Notes: generated by a model from the letters alone, not told the origin. A DNA stretch of 61,749 bases, filler included, from Basidioascus undulatus (GCA_000826855.1; 9 parts of 9 records of this genome joined end to end with filler, not necessarily neighbours in it), one strand, 5' to 3'. Shown: positions 1 through 12,602, counted from the whole stretch's first letter. Program-made: numbers and translations.

Positions 1-1563
1 ACGGTTTCGGCCAGTAGACGCACACCTTCATCCGCATCGCTGTTGTACTCTTCGCATGCTGTATTACTAGTTTCATAATGAGCCATCGAAAGCGCTTCGT
101 GGTCTACTCGCTCGTTTGCCTAGTTTGATGAGAGTGAAGCCGGTCTGTGAGTCGAAGCGATGGGCGAGGAAGCATTACGGGCGGTCTCACCCTCGGTGCT
201 GATTTGCCGATAGCATCGCCTCGGGTTTTTGGAAGCGGTCGGAAGGTCTGGGCGGGCTGAGTTAGGCGCGCTGAAGCCATGTATGGCATCGCTGGATGAG
301 CAAGGGCCCGAGACGTCGTTCGATACGCTCAGACAAGAGAAGTGACCTGTGAATGCACATAAGCGAGTTATCGGATAATAAGCATGTGCTTTTGTGCACA
401 ACGCAGCTCTCCGACAAGCGAGGCACCGTCGGAAGGAGAACACGCCACAGCAGTCAAGAAGCAGGAGTGAATGCGGACGCCGGGATTCCACGAAGCAGTG
501 CGTAACTGCATGCCCGACATTTGGGTAGGACGACAATGAGCACAGGATGCACCCAGGCGCGGAGGCGCTAGTCGCCTAAAAAGCAGCCGTCTAGGACCGG
601 GAAATCGCATGATTTACCGGACGGCGGACGCAAGGGTAGAGGAGCAGAGCCGCCGTGCGGCTGGCCGCAACTAAGTTGGAGTGCAGAGGTGTGGCGCACT
701 CGATATACGAGTGATTGGGCGGAAGAGTGAGAGAGGTGGCCGAGCACGGCTTAATTGAGCAGCGGTGCGATGGGGAAGGCGGGAGACGAGCGTGGTTGTG
801 CGGCTGCGTCTGTAGCGTGAATGGCGTGGAAGGGGGTGCGGAAGAGGTGCCGTGAGACTTGGAGGTTAAAGGAAGAGATGTGTCCCTTGAGGATGGAAGG
901 CGGCAAGTCGGGAAGGTTATCGAGCGAAGACTGTAGTCCGCGGCGGCAGAGCCCGACAGAGTGTGATCTGCGGGAGGGACGCGAGGGTGGAAGACGAGCG
1001 TGGCGGTGCGGCCGCGACTTTTGCGCGAGGGGCGGTGCAGAAGGCCCATGGGGTAGCGCGGGGTTTGGGGCGGTGTAAAGAACGAAAGGACAAAGAACGT
1101 CAAGGTAAGGAGGCAAGTAGCCGTCTAGAGATGCATGCTCGAGACGCGGAAGAGGTATCTTGCGAGAGAGGGTCAGGCACAGTGCGGATGTGGATTCGAG
1201 ATGCCGGAGAATTATTGAACGTGCGAAGTGGAGGTAAGCGATGCGGAGGGGAAGAGTGAGGGTGAGCTGCGATGTCTGCGTCGGATTTGAACATGGGGTC
1301 GGGTGAAGCGAAGCATCGCTGGGGAGCGAACATTGTTTAACCGGGTGGAGGAGGGGGCAGATCGGAGAAGACCCGAAACAGCTGTGAGAGTAAGAAGAGG
1401 ATTCGAGCGGCTCTTTGTTAGACGAAAAGAGGTGCAGGCCAGCAAGCATAAGCAGATGCGAGATGCGATATGCGAGTACCTGTGCCCCACCGCAAGCTCA
1501 TCAGTACGGGGGTCGCCCCATCAAAGTGAAGCCAAACTCACAAGAACAACAACCCTTCCCCTC

Positions 1564-2068
1564 TCACGGCACGACCTCGATCCCCAGCGTCCTTGCGCTG
1601 CCCACAATGCTCCTCGCAACGGCCTCCATCCCGAGCGCCTTGAGCTCCTCATCCATGCACTTGATCCGCGCGATCTCGTAGACATGCTTGAGGGAGATGG
1701 TCCCCAGCGTCTCTTGCCCTGACCTTCCCGTGCCTTTCTCGATCCCCGCGGCCTTCTTGAGGAGGTGGCTCGCGGGCGGGGACTTGGTCACGAAAGAGAA
1801 GGACCGGTCCGGGTTGATCGTGATCACTGTCGGCGTGGGCGTCCCCGGCACGAGGTGCGCCGTCCGCGCGTTGAACTCTTTGCAGAAGTCCATTGACTTG
1901 ACGCCGCGCGCGCCGAGGATGGGACCGACAGGCGGGGAGGGAGACGCTTTGCCGGCGCCAATGAGGATGCGCTGTGGGAGGGTGGATGAGAGGGGCGGGC
2001 AAGGAGGGGGAAGCCAGAATGTGCGGACTCACGACGCTCTGCGCAACTCCTGCGGCACCTTTGGACAT
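1564..2068 (-). CDS. MRPL19: Mitochondrial ribosomal protein uL11 (L11/Mrpl19)
   Basis: Exon 1 2068-2033 (MSKGAAGVAQSV), GT-AG intron 2032-1972, exon 2 RILIGAGKASPSPPVGPILGARGVKSMDFCKEFNART...SIVGSARTLGIEVVP*. These are typical L11 motifs. Confidence 0.95.
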
Positions 2069-2287
2069 GATGAGCGAGTGGAGTGTATGCGATTGAAGAG
2101 AGTGGGCTTGTTGAGCAAGGCAACGGCGAGGCAGAGCCGTCTTCCGTCTTCTCCCGTCCAGGACGGTACATCCGCGGAAGTTCCTGCCGATCGCGCCGGC
2201 GCTCCGGCAACTGCTCGCGTGCGTCACCTTGGATACCCTGTTCCCCCTCTTGCCCCCTCTCTTGACCACGAAACACATCTATCAAAC

Positions 2288-4214
2288 ATGCGCACTCTAC
2301 ACTCCATCCCACTCCTCCTCGCCGCCAGTGCCGGCGTTGCCATCGCCCGGCCAGTCTGGGCCAGCGAAGGCGGCGGGTTCGTGAACCAGCTCATGGACGT
2401 CTTGGACGCGGACGTGCCGTACCCCATGCCCGAGGGCTTCGATCTCGACTTGAGTGCGAGGAGGCTCGTGGATCTGGGCGAGGAGGGCGTGAGGGACGTT
2501 AGCGAGGTGCGTTGGGTAGTATGTCGGGCTGTTTTTGGGAGAGTAGCGGGAACTGAGTGTGAGGGGTCGGGGCGCAGTGGGAGAAGATCAAGCTCAAGGC
2601 GAAGGGTGCGTAGACGGACGGGCTTCAGGCAAGGCTGCGTTTGCTTATACGCTGGACGACAACCAGGCATCCCATTCATGGACATCACCGAAGCGCAGGA
2701 GCTCGGCGCCCTCAACGCGCAGCGTGCGTCTCCCTCCCCTCTACCCCTGGCCCCCCTGCGCTCACCACCTGCCCCTTCCCATCCCAGGCGCCTTCGCCCC
2801 CTCCCCCCTCCCCTCCAAGCTCTCGCACCAGAAGACGGTCCACAAGCTTACCCAGAACCTCACGACCGACGAGATGCTCGACGACATCAAGAAGTTCACG
2901 AGCTTCCGCACGCGGTGTGAGTCGCTGGCTCTAGCGGTCCTTCTGATATGTGGGCGACAGCTTAACGCGATGTACGGTGCGGACGACAGATTACCGCTCT
3001 GATGTGCGTGTGCTTAGGCTGGGCGAGCGATGACGCTGTATGTTGATGGGTTGGGGGCGACACAGACCGGCCGCCAGTCTCAGCAGTGGCTCCTCTCCCA
3101 GATCTCCTCTGTACGTCTTATCCTCCTTTCACTTTCCAGATGCTCCTCGAAACACCTTACACACATTCTCTTAACAACAGATCATCAAGAAGCACGCCTC
3201 CCCGACGCTGGCCAAGTCCATCTCGGTCAAGGAGTTCGAGCACACCTGGGCGCAGCGTTCGATCGTGCGTCCTTCGCTTTCCCTCCAGCTCCTCCTCCAC
3301 CGCGGCGCGTAGCTAATCCGCCGATTGGGGCTGCACCAGACCGTCCGCGTCGAGCCGCAGGCGAAGGTCCAGAAGGAGGGAGAGATCACGATACTGGGCG
3401 CGCACCAGGAGTGCGTTAGCCACTCCACTAAACGTCCTGAACCCGCACAAACTGACGGGAATGCTTCCCCCCAAACAGCTCTACCAACCTTTGGCCTTTC
3501 CTCGGTGCCCCAGGAGCGGACGACGATGGTGCTTTTCCCCTCTCCTTCCCTCCTCCCCAAACCCGGTACTGACGCATCCCCCAGGCTCCGGCACCGTGAC
3601 GCTTCTGCACGCCTTCCGAACGCTCCTCCGCGCTGGGTTCTCGCCCGCGGACGGGCCCGTCGAGTTCCACTGGTACTCGGCCGAGGAGGGCGGGCTGCTC
3701 GGCAGCCAGGCGGTTGCGCGCGCGTATGAGGAACGGGGGGAGAGGGTCAAGGGGATGATCCAGGTGCGTTTCATACCCACCCTCCTCTCTTTCTCTTTTT
3801 TGTCTTGTGTGGTTCGTTGGGAGATAGAAGACTGAGATGAGGGTGGGGGTTGGTAGTTTGATATGACTGCTTGGGTGAAGGTGCGTCTCGACGCGGACGG
3901 GAAAAAGCGAGTGGGAAGCTGATGACAGGGCGGGTGGCATGGGGTAGGAGGGGACCGAGGAGGTCGTCGGCGTCGTTAGGGACTTTGTGGACCCCGAGTT
4001 GACGGACTTTGTGGAGACGCTCGTGGACGAGTACCGTGCGTTCCTGTCTCCCTTCTTCTTGTGATGGATCGGTGCAGGATGAATGGGATGTTGACTTGCA
4101 GGGAGGGATGCGCAGTGGACATCCCGTATGCGGAGACCAAGCTCGGCTATGCGGCCTCGGACCACGCGTCGTGGACTAAGGCGGGGTATCGCTCGGCGTT
4201 TGGGATCGAGTCGA
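2288..4214 (+). CDS. Secreted M28 leucine aminopeptidase (LAP1-like), multi-exon, 3'-truncated by contig end
   Basis: Signal peptide [20 protein letters not shown]. Spliced motifs [43 protein letters not shown] and [10 protein letters not shown]. Confidence 0.9.
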
Positions 4215-4319
4215 GTGCGTGCTTCTCAGCCTCTCCTCCTGCGCTTCTCCACTTTGCCCTCTTTCCTCTCCCTTCACCTGCCTCCCCTCTGCACCTTACC
4301 CTCATCCACTCCCACTCCC

Positions 4320-4440
4320 CTCTGCCCTCTGCCCTCTTCCCCATCTTCCCTCTTCCCTCCCCATCTTCCCTCTTCCCTCCCCATCTTCCCTCCCCATCTT
4401 CCCTCTTCCCTCCCAATATTCCCTCTTCCCTCCCCTCGTT
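4320..4440. repeat. Polypyrimidine tandem repeat (CCCATCTTCCCTC-type units) in an intron at the contig end
   Basis: Repeated ccatcttccctc units read directly from the sequence. Confidence 0.85.
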
Positions 4441-4460
4441 GCCTCTGCCGTTTCTGATAA

Positions 4461-4560
4461 NNNNNNNNNNNNNNNNNNNNNNNNNNNNNNNNNNNNNNNN
4501 NNNNTTAATTAATTAANNNNNNNNNNNNNNNNNNNNNNNNNNNNNNNNNNNNNNNNNNNN
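4461..4560. other. Artificial contig spacer N44-TTAATTAATTAA-N44
   Basis: 100-nt linker with stop codons in all six frames; eight identical copies in the window. Confidence 0.99.
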
Positions 4561-4607
4561 CCTTCCTGCGCCTACCTCCCTTCCCTCGCTTATTCCGAAC
4601 ATGACAG

Positions 4608-6007
4608 GCGCCTGCCTCGGCCGTGCGCTCGGCCTCCTCCTCCAGTCCCTCCGCGCGAGCTTCCCCGAGCTCGCCCTCTTCGCTGCGTGCCGCGCGCAGG
4701 ACTCAGTGTGCATCACGCCCGGGCTGTACGCTACCGTCGGGGCGGCTGCAACGCTCGCTGGGATCACGAGGATGACGGGTGCGTGCCCCTCTGCGGAAAG
4801 CGAAGGTAGCGGCTAGGGGGCAGTTTGGCTGATGCGCTGTTTGAACTTTGGGAGGACAGTCTCCCTCGTCGTGATCGTCTTCGAGCTCACTGGCGCGCTC
4901 TCGCACGTCATCCCCATCATGCTTGCTGGTGCGCTGCGCCGTATGACTTTCTCTCCGCCTAGCCACTAACTAGCGTTTCTTTCTCATTGTTCCCGGAAGT
5001 CATGACCGCCAAATGGGTAGCAGACGTGTTCGGCAAAGAGGGCATCGTACGTTGCTGCTTGACAAGTGGGAACGCGTGCACCGCTACTCACTAAATGTCT
5101 AACGCACGCACACCCAACAGTACGCAGCCTGGATCTCCTTCCGCAGGTACCCGTACCTGCCCCAAGCAGAGTACAAGCCGGTCGAGCCCGGCGTGCTGCT
5201 CGCGGAGGACGCCATGACCTCCCGTGTCGTCTCGATCCCAGCCGAAGGAACCGCGCTGTCGGCACTTGGTAAGCAGCTCCATCCCATGCTGGTCCAACTG
5301 TACACGGCAAAGAGATCTGACTCGTCTGCCCAAAAAACGACAGACGACATCCTCCTCCAGACGTCCTTCGCCGGCTTCCCCGTGCTCCGACCAGGCGGCA
5401 TCATCGTCGGGTACATCACGCGAACCGAGCTCCAAGTGGCCCTGCGTGCGTTCCGTTCCTCACACCCACTCCCACTCTTCCAACATCTCCGCTGATAGCG
5501 TAAACCCGGTATGCTGCGTCTGGGCAGAGCACGTCCGACAAATGCAGTCCGCACAAAGTTCGACCTCTTTCTCCTTCCTCTCCGGCTTGCAGCCGGGAAG
5601 CGCGACGGTCGACCTGCACCCGTGGCTAGACGAAGCGCCGCTTGTCCTTCCCTCGCGCCTGCCCGCAGCGGTGGTCGTCACGACGTTTCAGCGCTTGGTG
5701 CGTCTCCTCTTCACAGCTGAGTCTGCTCCACTCCCGGCGCTCTATGCTCATGTTCTCGTCCCGCATTCGCCTTTTCCAGAATCTCGTCCGCGTACTGCTC
5801 GCCTCGCGAGGGAGACTACGCGGCATCCTCACCAAACGGGACGTGGTCAAGCTCGCGAAGCAGAGCGCGCGTGGGCGCGCACGGTTACCGCTGTGTGGAC
5901 TGGAGGAGCTTGCGCGGGGGACGTCCACGGACTTAGAGCTGTTTGAGCTGTTGGAAGACGACGAGGAGGACGAGGAGCGGAGACGAGTAGGCTTAGCAGG
6001 ACGATGA
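4608..6007 (+). CDS. ClC-family chloride channel/transporter (Gef1-like), C-terminal part with CBS domains, 5'-truncated
   Basis: GACLGRALG, ITPGLYATVGAAATLAGITRMT|VSLVVIVFELTGAL, YPYL, CBS motifs FAGFPV..IVGYITR and LRGILTKRD. Confidence 0.9.
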
Positions 6008-6405
6008 AGATTTGCCATTAGAGGCATGATCCGGCTGTCTTACTCGCTTGTGTCTGCGCAATGCCTGCGCTACGGTTTCCACGCGTTCCGGTCGTCCACT
6101 CTCCAGTCTGATGCATGGGCAGCAAAGGCAATGCGATTGCAATGGATCGAGCGAGCAAGAGAGAAAGCGATGCACGTGGATTGAACATGCAAGAGCGGAC
6201 CGCGCTCGAGAACCAAAAGATTGAAAGTAAGGGGACGGGTATGACACAAGACCGTTCGAGGATGTGGAACAAAGAAAGAGCTTGAGGAGATAAAGAGAAG
6301 ATTTTCAACATGGACGAAGAAGAAAAGAAGTATGTAGGACCATGCGACAATCAGGCTTGCGACACCACATATATAAACGTCGCGAGATGACTATCCACGC
6401 TTGAG

Positions 6406-9172
6406 CTAGCGCCGGACGACCTCAGCGTATCGAAGAGGGGGAAGCTGCACCGGGCGGCCCTCAGGGCCCGCTGGCAGGAATCAAAGAGACGTCAGCTACA
6501 GACCACGGAGGGAACGAGACGATACGAGTCGAACTCACGCAGCGTGTTCTCCCCAAGTCGCAACGCAGCAAGCCCGTCGATGACCTGGTCCGTCTCCCCA
6601 GTAACCGGAACGAAGCCGAATCCGCTCGGCGGTGGCGGTGCGCCTCCCGAAGCGGCGCCCGCTGTGCTGGCAACGCTCTGGCTGCGGGCCGAGCTCGCGT
6701 TGCTGCTCGACCGGCTGCGTCCAATCGGCGGCTGCTTGGGATCGAACAGGCTTCCGCCGGACTTCGGCGGCGGGCGCGAGTCGGGGTCCCAGCGCCCAGC
6801 GGCGGCATGGCTGTGCGCGGCCCAGGCACCCGTGGCGGCGAGCGGCCGATGGCCGGCGAGGGGAGGGAAGTCACGCAGGTCGTGCACGGGTCCGCCGCTC
6901 GAGAGCCGCCGCGGTTGCGGGACGTGCGGGATGTCGGGAGGGGACGGCCGCATGCCGATCGCCCAGTCGGGTCGCTGCGGCAGCGGATGTTGGCCGGCGC
7001 CGGGCGGAGTCACGTTGCACGACGTGACGGAGGAGACGTCCGACTATGTGGCACAGACAGCGCGTCAGTAAGCAGAAACCTCAAAACAGTACCAAAGAAA
7101 AACGCACCGCAACCGAAGCAGTCTCCTCGCGATTCGTCCCCACCTCCGACGAGCGCGAGCTGGAGACGGACCCGAAACATCGGTGCCGCCTGCTGCTGTG
7201 ACTGCTGCTCGCGCTCCCGTAGCTCCACCGCGTCTCCGAGTCAAGCTTCCCGAGCTCAACAGGCCGCTGCGGAATCGCGTTCCCGCGCATGCCTATCAGC
7301 GGCGGCGGGGCGACGCTGCCGTGGCTGCTCGCGCGCGAGCCGGGCCGCGAAGGCTCGGAGGCCGCCCTGTATGAGTCGTGGTACGATCCGTTGCGAGAAA
7401 TTGTCGGGGAGATTTTGTAGGCGGTCGCGCGGGCGGACATGGGAGAGGGAGGGTAGTTCGGGTCGACAGGTCTTTGGTGGGAGGGGACACGCTGCTGCTG
7501 CGCGTGGGTGGGAAAGGGCTGCTGCGGAGGGCCGGGGTACGGGGAATGTTGCATTTGCGGCGGAGCGGACGCGCGCGCGTGGGACGGGAACGGTGAGGTC
7601 TGAGGGGGCGGGGCAGCGCCCGCCGTCGCGGGGATATAGGCGAACGTCGGCTGCGTAGGCGCGACGTAGACGCCCTGCGAGGGAGGCGCATAGGAGTAGG
7701 GCGTCGGGGCAGAGTAGGGAGGTTGCTGTGGCGCGTACGCCTGCTGCTGCTGGTAGACCTGGGCGGATGCGGCCTGGACATAGGCCTGCTGAGGGACAGA
7801 GGGGGACGAGGGCGCGTAGACGAGCTGGGCGGATGCGGGAACAAAGGGCGGAGCGGTGGCGGAGGGCGAGGATTGGTAGCCGTAGTAGGGCGGGCCGGCA
7901 AGCTGAGACGAGGGCCCGGCTGGCAGGTAACCGTACGATTGGTACAGGACCGCCGGACCCGCCGCTGGGTACTGCGGCTCGTACACCGCCCCAGGGGTCG
8001 TCCGACCTCGCCCGTACTGCGGCAGCCGAGAAAGGTCGCGAGGAATATCGTCGACGCCGAACGTCTCCTCCTCCGCCTGCACAACGGCCTCGACCGGCAC
8101 CCTCTCCGGCGCAAGCTCGACTGCAGACGAGCTCGCAGCCACGGTCGCAGCGGCCTCCGCGGCTTGCTTCTCCTTCTCCGCGGGGAAGTCCATAAAGATC
8201 CGATTCCGCGCCTCTTGGTACGCGGCCTCGCGCTCCTCGATCGTCATCGCTGAGCGTGCCTTGCCGCCGCCGTCGCTCGAGCCATCCCGGCTGCGAGGGG
8301 TGGACGACTGCGAGCGATCGAGGTTGGAGCGGCGCATGATCTTGAAAGAACGCGTGGGCAAGTCGCCCTCGTGCGGAACGGCCTCGCCGAGGCGAAGAGC
8401 GGGTCTGGAATGGGCGTGCAGGGAAGGTGAAGGTCGAACGCGAGATGAGGGCGGAGGGCGATAGAGGGGGTGGAGAGGGGACAAGTCAGAGGGCTGTGCG
8501 GAACAAGAATGCGTAGAGAGGCAACGGCCAGAGAACCATTCCCCTGGATCGACCCGACGGAGCGGAATTGCAGCACTCACAGAACGGTGGAGTGGGCCTT
8601 GTAGAGAGTAACGAGCATCTTGTTCGGCTCCGTTTCCGGAAGAAGTCGGTAGTATGCCGCACAGCGATGAATGATCATCTTCTGATACGAGTTGATAGGG
8701 CTGATATCGAGCTTCGTTCTGGTCGAAAGTGCGACCGCGTAAGGTTCATCGCGCGGACGTCCACGTTGGGGTGATCATTAGCGTACCTCTCGCCGTCCTT
8801 CACGAACCGCTCCATCTCCTCTCCCGTCTTGATGACAAACATCCTGTCCTTGGCGCTCTTGAGCGCCTCTACAAGCTCCTCCCCGATCAGGTTGACCGCC
8901 GCGTCCTCGGAACCGACGACGGAGCCCTGGACGCTCTCGGCGCGTGACTTTGCCCCGTCGAGGTCAGTGACGCTCGAGACGGGGCTGCCCGGGGATGACG
9001 CCGGTCTGGACCAAGACGAGGAGGAGGACGGGGGAAGGGATATGGTCGGCGGCGCCGGTTGGGCCGTTGGGGCTGCGCGATGGGGGGACTCTGTGAGCAT
9101 TGGGCCAAGGGAGCGAGAACCAGACAGAATGCGGGACTGACCTTGTCTTGGGGATGATGCTGATGAAGCCAT
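6406..9172 (-). CDS. R3H + SUZ domain RNA-binding protein (Rbs1/ARPP21/encore-like)
   Basis: ALKSAKDRMFVIK; R3H-type NSYQKMIIHRCAAYYRL near 8690-8640; SUZ-type KIMRR...MTIEEREAAYQEARNRIF; P/Q/Y-rich tail; last intron inferred with stop at 6406. Confidence 0.85.
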
Positions 9173-9789
9173 GGCTAGGCCATATAGCTGTGGTGTTGCG
9201 CTACGGAGATGCAGGAGAATGCGCGTGTTCGCCGTTGGGAGTAGCTAGCGCGACGGCGGGGATGGCGACGAGGATGGGGTTGATGGCTGGAGGTTAAGGC
9301 GATCCCTCGCCGGAGCCGAGTCGCTCGCTCACTTCCGCGGGATGTCCGCCAGGCGGGTGCTGTCTGCACCGTCGAGAAACCTTGCAATTGCAGTCGGTAT
9401 TGCTCCACGGCGAATCGGAATAGTCTCCAAAAAGAACCGTATCTGGATCAGAATCGAAGGACAGCGTCGAGCGAACGTGTCACGCAGCGAATCACAGTAC
9501 TTGCCAGCTCTCACTGACCCTGCACATCTCCGGACTCAAGTCACTGATTGAATTCCTTCGTGTATTCTGTTGAGATTTATACACTCCAGATATTACGTTG
9601 GTCCACCCAATTCTACGACGATTCGGTTCAGCGTGCTGATCTGCAAAGCCTCTCTCAGCCGACGATGGTGACCCTTTAATCTTCTGATGCTCCAGAACTC
9701 CTCCAGATCAACAACTGCCTTGCGGCATTCCGTTTCAAGTTAGTTTTGAGTCTGTTTTCTCCAGCCCTTTGGCTAGATTGCGTCGTTGA

Positions 9790-9831
9790 GGAGGATGGTG
9801 TCCTCGTCCAGGAGGATGGTGTCCTCGTCCA
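9790..9831. repeat. 21-bp perfect tandem duplication
   Basis: GGAGGATGGTGTCCTCGTCCA x2. Confidence 0.9.
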
Positions 9832-11369
9832 CGGCATGCACGAGGTTTCACGCCTTTGCCTCGCTCGTGGATTCGTTACAACTGATCGACTGGTATATGA
9901 ATAGCTTCTTTATAAATCCCTACTATTTAATCCCTCATGATATATTCAAACAAGGACGAACTACGGACAAGGCTTACAAGCCTTCGACTGCGACGTTGAT
10001 CGTACTTCTTGCCTCCGTTGACTGCGTGGTGCTGATTGCCTCAACGAGACACGCCAGGGTTCCTACAGGCTGTCAATGGATTTTGTTTTGCTAGGTCGAA
10101 AAGACTGACTGGTCAAATGCATGTCGGTCTTCTTTTACTTCGCGCGGACGCAGCACGGACGGGATCCATATCGACAGAGGACAAGACAGTCCGAGCCACT
10201 TTAGGAGCTAAACAAGTGGCCTCAGTCTGTAAAGAAAGCGCAATTCAAGTGATGGGGGTGTACTACACCCTGCTGCACAGGTTGATCCTCCTTTCTGGAG
10301 AGTTCAAGTGTGACGAATGTGATGACTCTTGAGCGTGCCTCGGTTTACCCAGGCGTTCAGTTGAGCTCTGTCCCTTAGTCTGTATGCTTCTTTGACGCAA
10401 GCCGTAGGGGCATATCCTTAGAACAATCACTTTGTATACCATTGGTGAAGGTGAAGTCCCAATGGGGACTTCCCTCGGAGGCTTTGCAAAGTGGCAGTCC
10501 AGAGTTAACATTGTGAAGGTTCAGTTACGCCCCAGCGGACCTGGAAGAAACAGAGAAAGGACAGAACCCCTTGGGCCTCTAATTCAATGGGGGGAACGGA
10601 TAGGCTTGGATACCGATGCCTCAAAATTCGACAGGCTTACAGTGGCAGCTGTGCTCACTGTCTGGTTGTGCTGGATTCAGATCGCGATCCGAAACATGGG
10701 CCGGTCCTATCTCTCTAGGCTCAAATTCATCTAGTATATGTGCCGTTTATATCTAGCTACATGTACAACGCGTCCCAAACGTCCGCTACTGTCGTACACC
10801 GTCCTCGCGTCCTCTCGCAGCTTGCAGATCTCGAGCGCATTGGAAGGACATGCCCGCGATACGACCGGGTTGTCTTTAGCTTTCAAAATGGAAGCTTCTA
10901 TCATGGGATCTACTGGCTTTAAAGACAGTACTTGTGGAAGTCTAGGGACACTCCCTCGCATCGCGGTCTCTAGACCAAGTCTGGCTGCTTCCCAACTGTT
11001 TTTCCATTCGCGGAGCCGCCTTATTTCGAATGGTGTGCCCTCACAAAGCAGAGTGCGATATGCATTTCAATGTTCAGCATCCAGAAGTATCCTTGGCGGA
11101 TGTCTTTCTGCTAAGCCGACATCTGAGAGACGCAAGGCTTGCAGGGGCTGGCCTGAAGATCTTCAGGCTAAGTCTATGGCCTCGGATCCACGTCCTACCT
11201 AATAACCTACATGAACCGAAACACTGCGGCTAAGAATTCTAGATACGCATCTAACGGTATTTCCGAACGCCGCCGTTTCTGTCCCTCCCGGCCCCACACT
11301 TTCCCCTTCCTTCCTTCCCTTCCACTCATCACATCACTTTACCCTTTAGGCCGCCTTGCGTCGAGTATA

Positions 11370-12602
11370 ATGATGGATGCGAGCTCTCTCCATATCCTTT
11401 CCACCGAGGTTATCTCCAGCATGATGGCATTCGCAACGGCCGGTACCAGCCCGGAATATGCAGCCACTCGAAGCGCTCTCCCGCTCGTTTGCAAAGAGCT
11501 TCATGTGAGATGACCCGTCTCATTCCACAACGTACTTTACTGAAGAGCTTCGTCCAATTTCAGTCTCTAGCTCAAATTCACCTCTGCGCAACAATCGTTC
11601 TGCGATCTATGTCTGCGATTGGGCGTCTCTACGAGGCTCTTCTGCGTTCCGAGCATCGCGCTTCGCCTCTGGGCCCCCTCGTCCGAGAGCTCCGCATCTA
11701 TCTTGATGAGGATTCGGAGCTCAAATTAGTCAGCTCTCTGACAACCCACCTGCCGTCGGTTATCTCTCATATCTCTCATCTTAGCGGTCTCGAGTCGTTC
11801 TTGGCAGGGGGACACGACGACACGTCTTGGGGATATCGTGTTGGCTTCAAAACGTTGGATGCGCTCAGTCGCGCCTGCACCAACAGCCTTGTTCGGCTCA
11901 CCTGCGACATCGAAGTGCTTCCGATCCAAGGCCTGACTCGTTATTTTTGCACTCGGTCCTTTCAAGCGACTCCGTTACCTCGACTAACCCTAGAGCTCAC
12001 AAAGGAACTACCATCGATCGTATTTCCCCATCTCGAGTTACTTTCTCTGAATGAGACTTCACGGACGTCCACAACTCCGGTAGATTTCTCTTTCTCATGC
12101 GACTTTCGCGGCACTCAAGGAGCTGGAGATTGCTGTGGAGGACGCGACAGCAGAGCAATTAATGGACTTCTTGGGAAGACATGGCCGCAATCTGAAACAC
12201 CTAAGGCTCACGATCAATCACGTTGACGCAAATATTGATGGCATCCTAAAGTTTTGCCCTGCTGTACAAATGCTCGACTTTTCGCCAAAGTCGGACTTCT
12301 CAGCAAGATCCTTCGTGGATTCACTTCCATCCGCTTTGACTTTGCTCGACTTCCTGCTCGACCCTCTGGTGATGGCTTTAACAATTTTGAGTCGCTCTTC
12401 GATTATCTCTGTTTGGCGCGTCCTGTCAGCTTGAAACTGTTCTCCTCCTTCCACCCCTGACACGTTCACATGGGAAGGGATAACCGACAACACTATGGTA
12501 CGCTGGACCTTTAGGATGAGCTTGAAGCTTGCACGCTGCGGGATAAGGCTGTGCGACGAGGATTGGAGCGGTGTTTGTCTGACGTTGGAGAAGGAGCACT
12601 AG
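11370..12602 (+). pseudogene. F-box-like/LRR (RNI-like) gene with apparent frameshifts
   Basis: N-terminal LHILSTEVISSMMAF...LPLVCKELH, an intron, then PLGPLVRELRI. LRR-like text (AALKELEI..LGRHGRNLKHLRL..ILKFCPAV) continues in another frame near 12100, and the frame shifts again near 12380-12460 without evident introns. Confidence 0.6.

Noticed and set aside
1..1500. Purine-rich stretch with several short ORFs
   Set aside because: No recognisable protein. Probably the UTR or promoter of a gene beyond the window edge.
1688..2920. 410-aa plus-strand ORF and many other long antisense or overlapping ORFs (e.g. 27255-28334, 41857-42807, 48838-49716)
   Set aside because: These are shadows of GC-rich coding sequence or low-complexity introns. 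The real products come from spliced models.
4505..4516. TTAATTAATTAA palindrome repeated at regular intervals (could suggest piggyBac target sites or an array)
   Set aside because: It is always centred in N-runs and is a synthetic six-frame-stop linker.
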